62,523 nt of DNA, filler included, from Platydemus manokwari (GCA_037951405.1; 6 parts of 6 records of this genome joined end to end with filler, not necessarily neighbours in it), one strand, 5' to 3'; counted from the whole stretch's first letter, positions 1 to 12,379 are shown. Notes: generated by a model from the sequence alone, not told the origin. Program-made: numbers and translations.

Positions 1-83
1 TGTGCGTATAAAAATATAATCGAATCATATTTTCTTTATTGATGTTCATGTTTTATGAATCAAATATAACATTTCATATATAG

Positions 84-1537
84 GGACGTTTACCCATTAA
101 ATGGATGGCACCTGAATGTCTACTAGATCGCGTTTACACGGTGAAAAGTGATGTGTAAGCATTATTATGATTATTATTATCGAGTTTATATTATTAATCA
201 TTTCATTAACGGTATTAGCTTGATAAATAATTTTAAAATTATCTCATCAAACCTCTTTTAGAAAATGTGATTTATCAAAAACAATTCCATTAAATCAACC
301 AACATTCATATTAACAAATCACAATCGAAAAATCAATTAAAAAGCATCAACAGAATTATATGTTTATCTCAAATAAATCTTTTATAAATAGTTTTACTCT
401 TTGCCGTTATGATAATTTGAGATCAAATGATAATTATGATCAATAGAGATCAACGAATAAAATTGTACTTCAGCATATCTTGTATGACAGATATTTTCTC
501 TTATCCAGTCTTTCCTTGTATTCACCATCGATATTTGCACGTGATTATTAAATGATATAAAATGACAAATCACACTCAAACACCAATTCCATTAGTTCAA
601 ACAGCACTTGTTTACAATCTTAACATTCTATTATAGTTTTGTTTTCCAATCCAATTTAAAAATAAAACACGAAATCAATTTTCAATTGTTTTATTAATAG
701 TTCAATCATATACGTTTACACATTTATATTACTGATCAATATTATTAGTGAGTAGTAAATATTTTTAGTTTTATTTTTTCCTTTATTCATATGCGACATA
801 GATTAGATATTTCTACTTGTATTCTTTCTCTGGATAGCCAAGATGAAAGTTGATAGCAATTTGTATGACATCGAAAATTAACAAATGGTAGAGATCGTAT
901 CAAAGTGTCACCTTTCGTAAAACAAGGAAATATTAGTATAATGCGAAAGATTTTCTGATTCTACTAAGAGTTGAAGATTGCTCGATAGATTATTTACTGA
1001 CAACCGGCCTACATGATTACTTTAATTGTGAGATTATTGCGAACACGCAGGCGGTAATAGATACTACATAGGATTTAAAATGCTATAATATGATATCTTA
1101 CCATATTGTATGATTATAACTATAATTGTGCGATATTATTATTTACGGAATATCTATGGAAAATAATATTAATAATAATAATAATATAATATTAATAAAA
1201 TGAACATATATTATTATTTTAAAGGTGGTCCTTCGGTATAGTTCTGTGGGAAATATTTACGATGGGTCAAACTCCTTATCCAACTATTCAGTCAGATGCA
1301 ATGCATCAAGCCATCAGAAATGGAGTCAGAAATGAAAAACCAACCCTTGCTTCTGATGAGTTATATCGATTAATGCTAACGATTTGGAACGACGAACCCC
1401 AAGATAGACACTCATTCACAGAACTAGTAGACAAGCTTACTCATATTCAGATCGTTGAAGGTGCAGTTTCAGTACAGAGAGTGAGTTTCAGTTATGAGGA
1501 TGATTTTAGGAAACCATGTAAATTGATAACTCATTAA
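84..1537 (+). CDS. FGFR-like receptor tyrosine kinase, last two exons (84-154, 1225-1537); 5' part outside the window
   Basis: Exon 84-154 (AG...GT, 71 nt) reads GRLPIKWMAPECLLDRVYTVKSDV and splices in phase 2 to 1225: WSFGIVLWEIFTMGQTPYP...IWNDEPQDRHSFTELV. These are tyrosine kinase subdomains VIII-XI, with an FGFR-type DRVYT motif. Confidence 0.88.
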
Positions 1538-1759
1538 AGTAATTAGAATATGTTTGATATGAACATCTGAAACCTTTTCGCGCAAGCTCGACATATATAG
1601 TAATGATATAGAATGTCGACATAACTTTATAAAAATTTTCTGATTATCTAAAAATGCCAACAAATCTGAATTCCAAATTTTTACGGGTGATCAAAAATCC
1701 CCAATCAAATTTCTCCAGTCTTTCAAATGATTCTTGCTATCCATTGTCTAACATTGTAT

Positions 1760-1812
1760 GCACACTCACACACACATATATATATGTGTGTGTGTATGTG
1801 TGGGTGTGGGTG
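1760..1812. repeat. (CA)n(TA)n(TG)n self-complementary microsatellite
   Basis: cacacacacatatatatatgtgtgtgtg; a similar tract lies at about 22787-22818. Confidence 0.8.
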
Positions 1813-2819
1813 TCATCGATAGTCGAGTAGAGATATATTTGTGAAGATCTATATTTGAGTGTAAAAGCAGGAATCAGAAATTCAAATTATAAATAAAATA
1901 CCAATACTATTCGTTGATTCAGTGAAAGACAACATATTGTAAACCAACATAAAACCAGAGGTATTAATTGTTTTTATGACCTGTTTCAAATATTGGGTCA
2001 AAAGTACATATTAAAAGTAACAGGTAACAATATAAATGGAACATAACAATACATGAAAAAATTCATTGATCACATTCATGTAAGGTTCATTATTAAAATG
2101 AAAATCTCGTTCAGGATTATCTGGAAATAAGTAGCAATCAATGCTATTCGATAACCAATGTCTAAAAATATACTATCTCTATAAATGTGCCAACAATCCT
2201 GTAATGCCTGTCAATCTCATGGATATACAGGTTACAATTTTGACAATAATTCATTATCCCGTTCCTGGTGACAACAACAAGTCTTATTGTTTTTTTCAAA
2301 TAGCCTTAAAGAATAAATTACTGTTTATTGGATGATAATGATGATTTTTATGATGGAGATTCTGATCTATTAGATAATCATTTATAAATATCTTGATTAA
2401 TTACATAATAATTTGTCTTCATCTACACTTCATTGGACCACATGGATGTTTTGATAATGAATAAAACATGTTTTTTTGTAATTTGTTCGGTTTTACGTTT
2501 AATTATTATTATTATTATCACTAGATATTAATATTGAATGTTATTATTAATAATAATTTATTAATTATTTTTATATTACCTCAATAATTGATGTTATCTG
2601 GATCATAAAGGAATCTTTAGCCATTGTCAAAAAGAAAACCTCTGAAAAAGAACGTTTTAAATCATGTGTTGAATGCAAAAATGTCGTTTGGAATTTAAAA
2701 TGGAGGTCAATTCTAATGGAGTTGAGAATCGCCATCCCCAAATTATGAATTTTAATAAACAAAAAATCTATTTTTATCGATTTTTAATTCATCGATTCTA
2801 TAATTCAAATAATAATGAG

Positions 2820-4343
2820 ATGAGTAAAATTGAGCTAAGTCGTTATGAATTTGATAAATTTGATACCTTAAGTGAAATAAAATTCCAATCCCGTGAAGTT
2901 CTCCATGCTCTCGAATGTTATAAGGAACATACGAACAATTATCTCGAACAATTTAAAAAGGAAGATACTAAAAATCCTCTTAATCGGTTTATTGTCACAG
3001 AAAAAATAACTTTGAGCGAAAGAACGATTGAAAAAATTAATGTTGGAACAGAGGAAATTGATATATTGATATCATTGGATTTGTTTTGTAACATCATGGA
3101 TGCTGAACGAGTTCGAACTCGACTCCAGGTTCAGAGATTGGTTCAAGAAAACAGATGGTTAAAAACGGAATTACTTGACCTACAAAAAAGATTGATAAAA
3201 TTAGAAGAAAGCGTTGTGGCTGCTGAAGCTGAAAAGCAACATTATCAATTCGTGTACAAAATGAGAAACCAACAACGACCTGAAGACCAGTATACTAATT
3301 ATGGTATCGATGAAGAAGATGAAGAAGACACCGATCCCGAAGAAGAGATTCCAGCTAAAATTAAAGCGGTTCACAATCTCTGTATGGATTATATCAAAGA
3401 AAAGAGATATGAGGTGGCGATACCTTTATGTGAAGAGCATGTCCATCAAATTAAAAGCAAGCAAGGAGATGCTAATAATGACATCGCTACTCTATACAGT
3501 ATCATTGGAAAGGTTCACAAAGAACAGGGTAATTTCGCTGAAGCTCAAAAGTTTTATGAAGAATGTTTAAAAATACGGGAAAAGGTTTTAGGTAAAGATC
3601 ACAATGCCGTTGGTATTACACTTACTAATCTTGCCCAAGTTTTGTTTAAAAGAAACAACCCAAAGGAAGCTGAAAAACTTGCAACACAAGCTTTGAAGAT
3701 AAGGGAAAAGGTTCTTGGGAAAAATAACCCTGAAGTGGCATTGATCCATTCTCATTTGGGAATGTATTCGCTGAATCTTTCTAAATGGAATGATGTCATC
3801 AATAATTATAAAGTTGCGATGACAATCTATGAACAAATGTACGACAATACTGACACTCTCATGATAAAAGGTCATTCCAATATGGCCAAGGCCTATGTGA
3901 AATTAAAACAATACGATAAAGCCGCAGAAATGTTGGGACTTGTATGCAAATCGTTTCAACATAAGAACAGCAATACCAGTGATAATATGCAAACGATTTT
4001 TCAAGCTTGCCAGCAACATGCTGAAGGGAAATTAACTGAGTTTACAGCAGAATATTTACTGAAAAGTTTCGGATCTTATGAGTGTACATTAGATAAAGAT
4101 GTTTTAGAAACCATGATAGAATACTATACGAATTTGAAAAAAACAACAGTAGTCGAAGCATTAAATGCTTGGATTGAATCGTCCGATAAACAACCTAATC
4201 CTGTTGTCAGGCAGTCAATTATGAGTCGAGCCTCAAAAAGAGAAAGTACCCATCCAGATGGGAAAGCTTCAGTGACGAGTCAATCTTCGAAAAAAGATAA
4301 AACTAGTTTAATGGGATTCTTTAAAAGGGAAAAGAAAAAATGA
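2820..4343 (+). CDS. klc: Kinesin light chain (heptad coiled coil plus TPR repeats), intronless, about 507 aa from the likely ATG at 2820
   Basis: RLQVQRLVQENRWLKTEL...AEAEKQHYQF matches the KLC heptad region. EIPAKIKAVHNL...RYEVAIPLC matches TPR1, and LKIREKVLGKDH/KNNPEVA are KLC-type TPRs. The N-terminal ORF extension (2673-2819) looks non-coding. Confidence 0.92.
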   Translation: MSKIELSRYEFDKFDTLSEIKFQSREVLHALECYKEHTNNYLEQFKKEDTKNPLNRFIVTEKITLSERTIEKINVGTEEIDILISLDLFCNIMDAERVRTRLQVQRLVQENRWLKTELLDLQKRLIKLEESVVAAEAEKQHYQFVYKMRNQQRPEDQYTNYGIDEEDEEDTDPEEEIPAKIKAVHNLCMDYIKEKRYEVAIPLCEEHVHQIKSKQGDANNDIATLYSIIGKVHKEQGNFAEAQKFYEECLKIREKVLGKDHNAVGITLTNLAQVLFKRNNPKEAEKLATQALKIREKVLGKNNPEVALIHSHLGMYSLNLSKWNDVINNYKVAMTIYEQMYDNTDTLMIKGHSNMAKAYVKLKQYDKAAEMLGLVCKSFQHKNSNTSDNMQTIFQACQQHAEGKLTEFTAEYLLKSFGSYECTLDKDVLETMIEYYTNLKKTTVVEALNAWIESSDKQPNPVVRQSIMSRASKRESTHPDGKASVTSQSSKKDKTSLMGFFKREKKK

Positions 4344-5039
4344 TTTTCAATATTTCCACAAACTGGCCAACTAAATGCTTTGTCTTATGTTTCTTATTAT
4401 GTGATTATTTGCATTTAATTTATATTAAATGTATTTTTAATTTGCTCTGTGTTGATATGTTGTGATTTCAGTCCACATGCTGAACTCGAGAAACATGCAA
4501 TTTATTCGCTCCACTCAGAAAATGTAATTCGTGTAAGGATTTTAAAAAGGATTTTAAAAGATTTTATATTAAAAATATTAATTTTTTAAAACAATTGTAG
4601 ATAAATATAATTTTGCATAGTAACTTTTCAGTTTGTTTTCAATGCGTGTTTTATTAAATAATAGTGGCATACAATACTAAACACTTGTTTATATACTGCT
4701 CTTTTTAATAAATAATTTTTGTCACTCCTCCCATAAAAATATTTTATATACTATTATATAAAATTCGGATTCAAAATACTATTGCTTCAAAAAATAGAGG
4801 CATATGAGCTATTAATATTCCAAAAAATTCAAATTAACTATCTTTTTTACGATGGTTCTTCACAATCTTATAATGTATCCACTTATACTTGGCACTTATT
4901 GTTCAAACTTTTCGATCAGCTTGTAATTCCTTTGATTATAATAAATTTCAGCTTGAATTTCGCTTACCTTTGTAGTAGGAATTCCTAATTAATTAAATAT
5001 TCATTATTATCCAAATTTTGCTTACAAAATGTTAGTGTA

Positions 5040-7036
5040 ATCAGCGCTTAGTTTCTCCGAAACTCTTTGTCTAATTCATTTCATCAATACTCTTGAAAAC
5101 TTCATTTTCCATCTGAAATAATTTCAAATAGGGGAAGATCTAATTACTTCAGGGAGTGTAAACACATTTCTTACAATTGATTGGCATACATGTTTCTATA
5201 TACGGAACCAACAATGTTACTAAATTCCAATTATAAAACAGTCATATTATCTCTAATTTTCAACAATTTTTATTAAGTCAATCAGATTCTCTGATAATTC
5301 TTCTTTTAATCGAAATAAAATATCATCAGAAGTTTCTCATTTTCCAGAGTATCTATTTTCAATTTTTATTATAATATTCATCATTCAACAACTTATTTAA
5401 ATACGTAAGCGTTCCTGGAATCTGAACTCTAATATCAATAAATTTTGAAAATATGTCAAGTCTCTCTTTAACACGAATTTTAAAAACTCTTTCATTACTT
5501 TTTTCTTTAATCTCATCCAAATTATTCATCACAACTCTTCTAAATTCCAAAGTAGTAGCAATCCGTTTCCAAATTCGAGATAATACCACTGTACAAAATT
5601 CACTTTCCACATTTTTCCTGTTCAAAATTTTTATTACCCTGGTTTATTATACTTCAAACTTGTCGTGAGCTTTCTTCAAAACGAGTTGTGTAGTTACCCA
5701 ATTTATTTCTCCAGTATTTTACTTTTTCGACTTTTACTTGCTTAAAAAGCCTTGCTTTAGTTTCATCAAATTTTTTTAATATTACAATTTACTTTAAATA
5801 TTATCATTGTTTTTTTCCGATTCCCACTTCTCTTTATCTTTTGGAAATTTTGTGTTTATTCTATTTACAATATCCTGAAAATTAACTATCCTTTTCAGGA
5901 TAGATGGTTAAAATGTATATGAGTTTGAGGGAAATACCTTTTCAAAATGTCAAAAATTTCCACAATAATAGCATCTTACTTGTCTTTGAATATTTACATT
6001 GTCTCGTGGTGGATAAATGTCTTGATCTACAATTTTGTGCAGTGTTACTTCTCCTACCGTATTCAAAGTAAGTTCGGGATTCTCTATTTCGTGATCTTTT
6101 GGTCTATAATTAAATGAATATTTAGTTGTTGAATATTTAGTTATTTTTGTTGGAAAATCATCGAAAACTCTCTGGTTTCTACATTCATTTACATAATGAC
6201 CAATTTCTTAACATTTAAAGCATGTAACTGAGTGCTATTTCTTCTGTATAGCATTAGCCGGAGATAGTCGATAATTTGCAAATGTTTTAGTGGATCTTTT
6301 GTTCGGAGATTTCTGGGTATCATTTGTTAGAGACCAAACAGAAAGTGATATCTCAATTTGCCCATTTTGAGGCTTGCGGCTTCAATTGCCAAATTTGTGA
6401 GTCGCCTATACATTGAAGTACAGTCCATTACGAATCTCAACGCTTTTTAGTAAGTTCATCATTGTCGAAACAATCATCTAAAGTGAGTGCTGAATTAATG
6501 TGATTGTGAACATCTTTTAAAAATTAGTCCTCGACGACTTTTCTTGTTTGTGTTGACCAATCTGTCTTAGGCTCAAAAGCTTTTCTGCTAACTTTGGCAG
6601 ATGAAATGAAATTCTTCGACAGTTGTATTTACCCTTTGTGTTTGAGAGAAGAATTTTTGTAGAATGATTCTAACCACGTCTCCAAAATGAGTTTTCCGAA
6701 TAAAGCATCCTTAATTGCTTCGACAGTCAAGTTTATCATATGTCTCTCTAGCTGTTTCTGTTAAATAGAGATGTAATCGTATTGTTATCTTTCATTCTGC
6801 TCATCCATATGTAAAATCGTACATGAAGTAATATATCAAAAAATTGACAAATTCGACTAGATTGCCACATTATTGCTCAGGTGGCAATTTCTGTTAACTT
6901 GCAAAATCTGTTGGACCACCTTGTATAACGTTTCGGATTTCAATTTGATGTACCGCTAAATGATTCGGTAAAATTTGAATCAAATTTTTATGATCTTTGT
7001 TTATACTGGAATCTGTTACTTTTTGTGTTCCAAACA
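5040..7036 (-). mobile_element. Decayed LTR-retrotransposon internal region: Gag (capsid-like, two CCHC knuckles) plus downstream domain X
   Basis: Minus-strand translation gives NFLIYYFMYDFTYG*AE*KITIRLHLYL (~6860-6770), CFKC*EIGHYVNEC (~6225-6180), CYYCGNF*HF (~5975-5940) and YWRNKLGNYTTRFEE (5716-5672). Many stops and frameshifts. Confidence 0.75.
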
Positions 7037-7047
7037 CTGGCTCACCA
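7037..7047 (-). promoter_or_regulatory. Primer binding site (tRNA-Arg-like)
   Basis: Minus strand reads ...CA-attttt-TGGTGAGCCAG, one mismatch from the TGGCGAGCCAG tRNA-Arg PBS of Gypsy elements. It lies directly between the LTR and gag. Confidence 0.6.
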
Positions 7048-7052
7048 AAAAT

Positions 7053-7566
7053 TGCTACGAATATTAAGTGATGCTAAATATCAAAATTATAATTGAAGAT
7101 CACAATAGTTCACAAAAACCAAATCTTCCTATAACGAAAATCGAAAATCACATTCAATAATAGATGAATAATCAATACAAAACAGCAAACAGAAAGGTTA
7201 AACAGTCACATAAAACTATAAAACCTGGTTATCAGAAAATCATGTAAAAGTCATACAAAATTAAAAGTTATTGACCAAAAAGACTGACAGATCGTGAAAT
7301 CCAGCTCCTTTATAGGATATCATGAGTGTTCACGTAATGTCTAAAGAGCTTCAATGTTTATTCGATAGAGCCATTTACATGTCAAACTGTAAGCAAATTT
7401 TCTTGCATCTTTCGTGCGCCCATCTATTAATGAGTTATAAATATGGATTTATATAGGAAGTGCTTGATTGGCTAGTGACACGTGAACTTGTCGAATCAGT
7501 GTGTGATGACCCTTTAATGTTTATTTTTATGGTTTCCGTGATTATTATACGTGTTTCAATGACACA
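7053..7566 (-). mobile_element. 5' LTR of the 5040-7036 element
   Basis: TG...CA bounded on the minus strand, adjacent to the PBS, with CCAAT-like and TATAAA boxes. Alignable by eye with 19930-20390. Confidence 0.55.
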
Positions 7567-8574
7567 TCCAATACATTCATCAGGATTGAATGCTTTCGCA
7601 AATACAATAATCTACGCTTCTCCACAGATGAATTAGAACTAATGGCTCCTTTATATACTAGTCAGTAATTATATAAGTTAATGATCATAGATAAAAGAAT
7701 ACATCAGATTGTTGTTTATAATCAATTTATCATTATTAATTGCTCATGAACATTAGTCTTATCACCTTTAATATATTTATAGTGTTTTCAAAATTTTGTC
7801 AATACTCTCATCAATCCCGGAATTTTGTTACCATGCTAATTCTTTGAAAGCCAGAATTATAAACTTAAAAATGGTAATATTTCTTTTTGAAGATCGAGAC
7901 ATATTTTAATGTAGAAAGCATTTAGTTTGCAGACGTTATTCGATTAAAAACGAAAACTCAATAAAACTCATAATAAATATCTTTTTTTAATAAAAGCTGA
8001 ATTGTTTATTCGCACTAATTATTTAATGAAAATAAATTATTGTATACAAATCATTCATGTTATTTTGTACTTATAATTTCATTATAATTTATAATTTAAC
8101 TTGTAAAGATTTGTAATTTGAAAATAATATATTGGATAAACATATTTTGTGACAGATCTGGTTTAAATTGAAAATGGCGGTTAAATTTATGATGATATTA
8201 ATGAGGTGATTTTTGAAAATGGAAATTTATTAATGACTTTTTATAGCCTTGGAAATATTTTGAAAATGTAAATTCGAGATCAAGTGCTCTTGAAAATGGA
8301 TTTGTAATCTGTCTAATGATTGGAATTCTGATTAGGAATGGTGTTTTCAACGCAACTAATGATTCCCATAGTGTTGAAATTATTGATTTTAATGTTTGTT
8401 TAATAATAAATCGTACAACATGTTATGATTTCTTGTTTTCAATCAATAAAATAATTTGTTTGAAAGAGAAAAATTACTTTTTCTGCGAGCACATCACCAT
8501 GAAAATAATCGATGAAAATTAGTTTTGCAATAGCAAGTTTAATTCTGTCTCTCGATAAATGTTAATCGATTGCC

Positions 8575-10231
8575 TTATTGATCGAATGGAAGGCCTTTGT
8601 GATGTTTGGCAGAGCTGACAAATTTGATAAATATTTCATCATTCTCGATCAAATCGGGATTGGCTGATATTTGTGCAGCTGTGATCTCGAGGTATCCAAC
8701 ATGGATTGGTTGGTTTTTACCACTTGATGATTTGTTCAATACATCATCATTGATGCATTCGGAACATTCTACCTCCAATTTTTCGAAAGACAGACCAGTT
8801 TTCTGATTTATCAAGGCCATCTCGACATCTCGATCGAAAGGCCATTTGAGAATGCCGTCATATTGGCCTTTCAAAATGCAGAAATAGAAATAGAAATTTC
8901 CGATATATCGACCAATCCAGCAAGCGAGACGCAGTTTATAACCATTTGGGTGCGACAGGAACTCATCACTGTAAAACCAGATTGCATCTGCACTGGTTTG
9001 TGCCTGCCTGACTTTATCAGCCCAATTATCGATTTTCCAGACATACTCAGTCCCTTTCAAATGAATATCTTGCAGCTCGATTAATTTTTCTGATATTTCT
9101 GCTGTCGATAATCTGATCGTTTCAATCGATTGAGTTGCATCGATTGATTCAGTTTTATAAGCAGCACTGGCTTGCGACAACTCATCGAGCTTTACCTAAA
9201 TAAGCAGTGAAGATATGCAATTAAGTTTTCCACCAATCAAATTCACCTCGGCCATTGACACACGATCACAAATATCATTGCTTCTTGTTTCATCTAGTGT
9301 GCATCGCTGTTTGAGTTCATTGATTTCTTTCTGCTGTTGTTCGATTTGTAATTTCAATTGATCGAATTCTTGAGTGTGATTATCGATTTTTGTATTGACA
9401 AGGACATTCTTCATGCAAAATACCAACAGATAAATCCATATTTAACAACTCATCTCACTTGTTGTATCTGGCTGTCTTTCAGATTCATCATTTCACTTCT
9501 TATTGATCTGTTTTCGATTTTAAGACTGCACATTTTTTCGTTTAATAATTCGATTTCTATCGAATCTTGTTGCACTTTATTCTGCAAATCTTGAATAATT
9601 TTCTAAAATATTTTTCAATCAGAAATTCAATTGGATGAATATCGATTTTTACTTTTGTTTCATCTCTATCGATTTTCATTTGCTGTTTCAGTTGATTGTT
9701 TTCCATCTTTAATGATTCAGTCTCATTTCCGAAATTATTCATCCAATTAATCAATAATTCGCTGTGACCTGAAATTTCTTGTAAAAGATGTTCATTCATT
9801 TTATTCATTGGTAATTGATTTTCCCCACAGCCCAGATTCGAATATGGGCAATTTTGTGATTTGAATTTGCAGCTTTTCAAATGAGTTTCCAGCATTTTTA
9901 ATTCAATTTGAGTTTTGCAATCAATATTTGGACATTTGGTCACTAATTTTGATATTCGAATATTCATAGCTCGATTAATGTGGATATCTCTGTCGAAATC
10001 AATGAAATCATCTTCACAAAATTCAGATTGTCCCGGACATTTTCTTTTAGTTTCTTTTAAATAATCTTTGATACATTCAATGCAAAATCGACATTCACAT
10101 GGCGTATGACAAGCATTCATCAATATCTTTTTACAAATCCCGCATTTATAACCAGCGTCTATTTCATCGACAATTTCTAAATCATTTTCTTTCATAATAT
10201 TCCACATATTGATAAATGTTTGTTGATCCAT
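8575..10231 (-). CDS. TRAF-family protein (RING, TRAF zinc finger, coiled coil, MATH), about 501 aa; exons 10231-9653, 9602-9459, 9408-9247, 9195-8575
   Basis: RING CGICKKILMNACHTPCECRFCIEC...CPG; zinc finger CPNIDC...HLKSC...CPY; MATH YVWKIDNW...FYSDEF...GYKLRL...GQYDGILKWPF. Three phase-0 GT-AG introns of 50, 50 and 51 nt join the ORFs in frame. Confidence 0.92.
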
Positions 10232-11110
10232 ATTATTGATTTGATTCTCTTAAATTCACCAAAGAATTCATTTTCACATCAAACAGTCAAATAATAATAA
10301 TTATCAAAAAATGTCACAAAATGTCCATGAAATATAATCAGATATAATTTTAAATAATAATATTATAATTAGAATATAAATAATAAAATTTAAAAATCAA
10401 TTGCATGATCGGAATAGTCTGAAATATAAATTTTGAAATTTTCAAGTGCTCGCTCTGATAAACAATAACATAAATATCGATTGATTTATTAAAGTATCAT
10501 CTGTATTAACAATGTGATAATTGAGTATTTCAGTAAATAATTGTTTTTGATTTCACCGCAAAATTTCAGTCGATACGTATCATGTCGATTTTTGTTTTTT
10601 TGCTTCATTTTACATTTTAGAAATTGCGTTTAGTTAGACTTTCTGTACCTTATTTCATCTTTTAAAACTGTTTTCAATTGCTGTCTAGTTTAAAATGTTC
10701 GAGTTGTCTCATTTGAAAAATCAATAATCATAACATTTTTATCTTATTTCCTGATCTATTTATTGGATTTGCACTTTATTTATTATTTATTTATGATTAT
10801 TATTTATTATTTATTATTTATTTATTTTTAGTCGATAAATATTGATTTTGACTGCTTGTTTCAAAATTTATTTCGTACCACAAAAATTTCCTTATTTATA
10901 TTATGGTTGATAATTACAACTCGATATTGTTTCTTGCAATTCTCGTCTGATTAAAATGAAGGTTTGACAGCTTTAATTAGTTATTGAACTAATTTACTTT
11001 TTACCTTGTGATTAATTTTACCGTCACAGTTTTTTATTTATCTTCCTCGGTTTTGCTGCACCAACTTGTCAATTTCTATGAGGTTGTTAATGATTTATGA
11101 ATTTTGTCTA

Positions 11111-11210
11111 NNNNNNNNNNNNNNNNNNNNNNNNNNNNNNNNNNNNNNNNNNNNTTAATTAATTAANNNNNNNNNNNNNNNNNNNNNNNNNNNNNNNNNN
11201 NNNNNNNNNN
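11111..11210. other. Artificial contig spacer
   Basis: 44 N + TTAATTAATTAA (stops in all six frames) + 44 N. Confidence 0.98.
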
Positions 11211-11397
11211 GTGGCTCCCAGGCAAAGAACTTCTGGTTGACCAAAGCCGGGTCAGCTTCAATGAATTTTTTCACTACTTTGAGATTGCCACCTGTTAAAG
11301 CCTCGGTGAATTCCATATAGTCTTCATCTGTCAGTGCGAATGCCTGTAATGAAAATGACAACGCGACCAAGGCCAGTAAACATTTAATTGATTTCAT
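11211..11397 (-). CDS. Bacterial-type secreted ankyrin-repeat protein, N-terminal fragment truncated at the contig end
   Basis: MKSIKCLLALVALSFSLQAFA (Sec signal, AxA cleavage) then LTDEDYMEFTEALTGGNLKVVKKFIEADPALVNQKFFAWEP (start of an ankyrin repeat). GGAG Shine-Dalgarno 5 nt upstream of the ATG; about 42% GC by hand count, clearly above the flanks. Confidence 0.7.
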
Positions 11398-11505
11398 AAT
11401 TTCTCCAAACACCTGATTTTCATTTTTTAAAATTATAGCATTATATTTTATGTACAAAATCTACTTTGTAATGAAAATAAATGATCATTTCAACTTCATT
11501 TTTAG

Positions 11506-11685
11506 AAATCTCAAAAGAATATAGTGAAAGATAAATCACTGTCTGAAAATGCTAAACAATGTCGAAAGCGTAAAGCATTGCGATTAAAGTATTTAGTTGA
11601 CAGTGTTAATGCTCGTGAAAAGGAAGTTCTTCGGTTACAGAGAGAATTGGACAAACTAATAAATGATTTGATGATTCCATCATAA
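11506..11685 (+). CDS. CREBL2-like small bZIP, terminal exon
   Basis: After a ttttag acceptor: KSQKNIVKDKSLSENAKQCRKRKALRLKYLVDSVNAREKEVLRLQRELDKLINDLMIPS*. This resembles CREBL2 SARECRARKKLRYQYLEELVSSRE. The first exon is uncertain. Confidence 0.7.
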   Translation, partial: KSQKNIVKDKSLSENAKQCRKRKALRLKYLVDSVNAREKEVLRLQRELDKLINDLMIPS

Positions 11686-12379
11686 AATTGCTGATGGAAA
11701 TCTCACATCTTTATCTCATTATTTCTACCAGATTTATTTTTATCAAATTATTTTTGACACATTTTCCAAGTTGCTGAATTATATCTTAATCTTTATAATC
11801 AGACTTAGCATAATGTTTGACATTTTGATTTCATGAATAAATTATTTTGTTACACATTTTTGTAAAATTTGGATAAATAAAAATTTGTTTTGTTAAATAA
11901 ACATTTTTGTTTACTTCAATAATATGATATCTGTTGAATTAATATTTGCGTTTGTGATTATTGGCAAATAAGTAGTTCAACGGTTTTGATTCACCAATGC
12001 TATGAAGCTGTCGATGTTGATCAATGTTTCGGATGCGACAAGCGATATGGAGCAGTGATAAACAGCATCAATGTAACAAATGTGTCAATAAGCGTGTCTC
12101 TGTTAAGTGCAGTAGCTGTTGGTAAAAGGTTATTGAGAACATGAGTAGGTGTTTTAAATACAAAAATGTTAATAAAGCGTTGACTTCAAATTTGATTGTT
12201 TAATAAATGAATTGCGACAAAGGTTTATCGATAAGATTGTTGAGAATTTACTAATTTGCCACGATTTTTTTGCTAAGCATTTTTATACGCAATCATTAAA
12301 TTATGATGGTGGTTATTATCGAAATGGTTTTGAAATCAATATTTTACTGTTCATCCTGAATTGAAGCTTATCAAAATAT

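Noticed and set aside
2673-2819. N-terminal extension of the KLC ORF
   Set aside because: Low-complexity AT-rich sequence with no KLC similarity; the ATG at 2820 is more plausible.
3301-3875. Overlapping ORFs inside KLC (and similar ones inside the TRAFs)
   Set aside because: Alternate-frame or antisense shadows of real coding sequence.
8120-8530. Possible LTR-like similarity to 33000-33650
   Set aside because: Only short AT-rich word matches; termini not identifiable.
12000-12130. FYVE-like Cys pattern (CFGCDKRY...QHQCNKC...KCSS)
   Set aside because: Needs a frameshift, lacks the RRHHCR motif and has no clear splice context.
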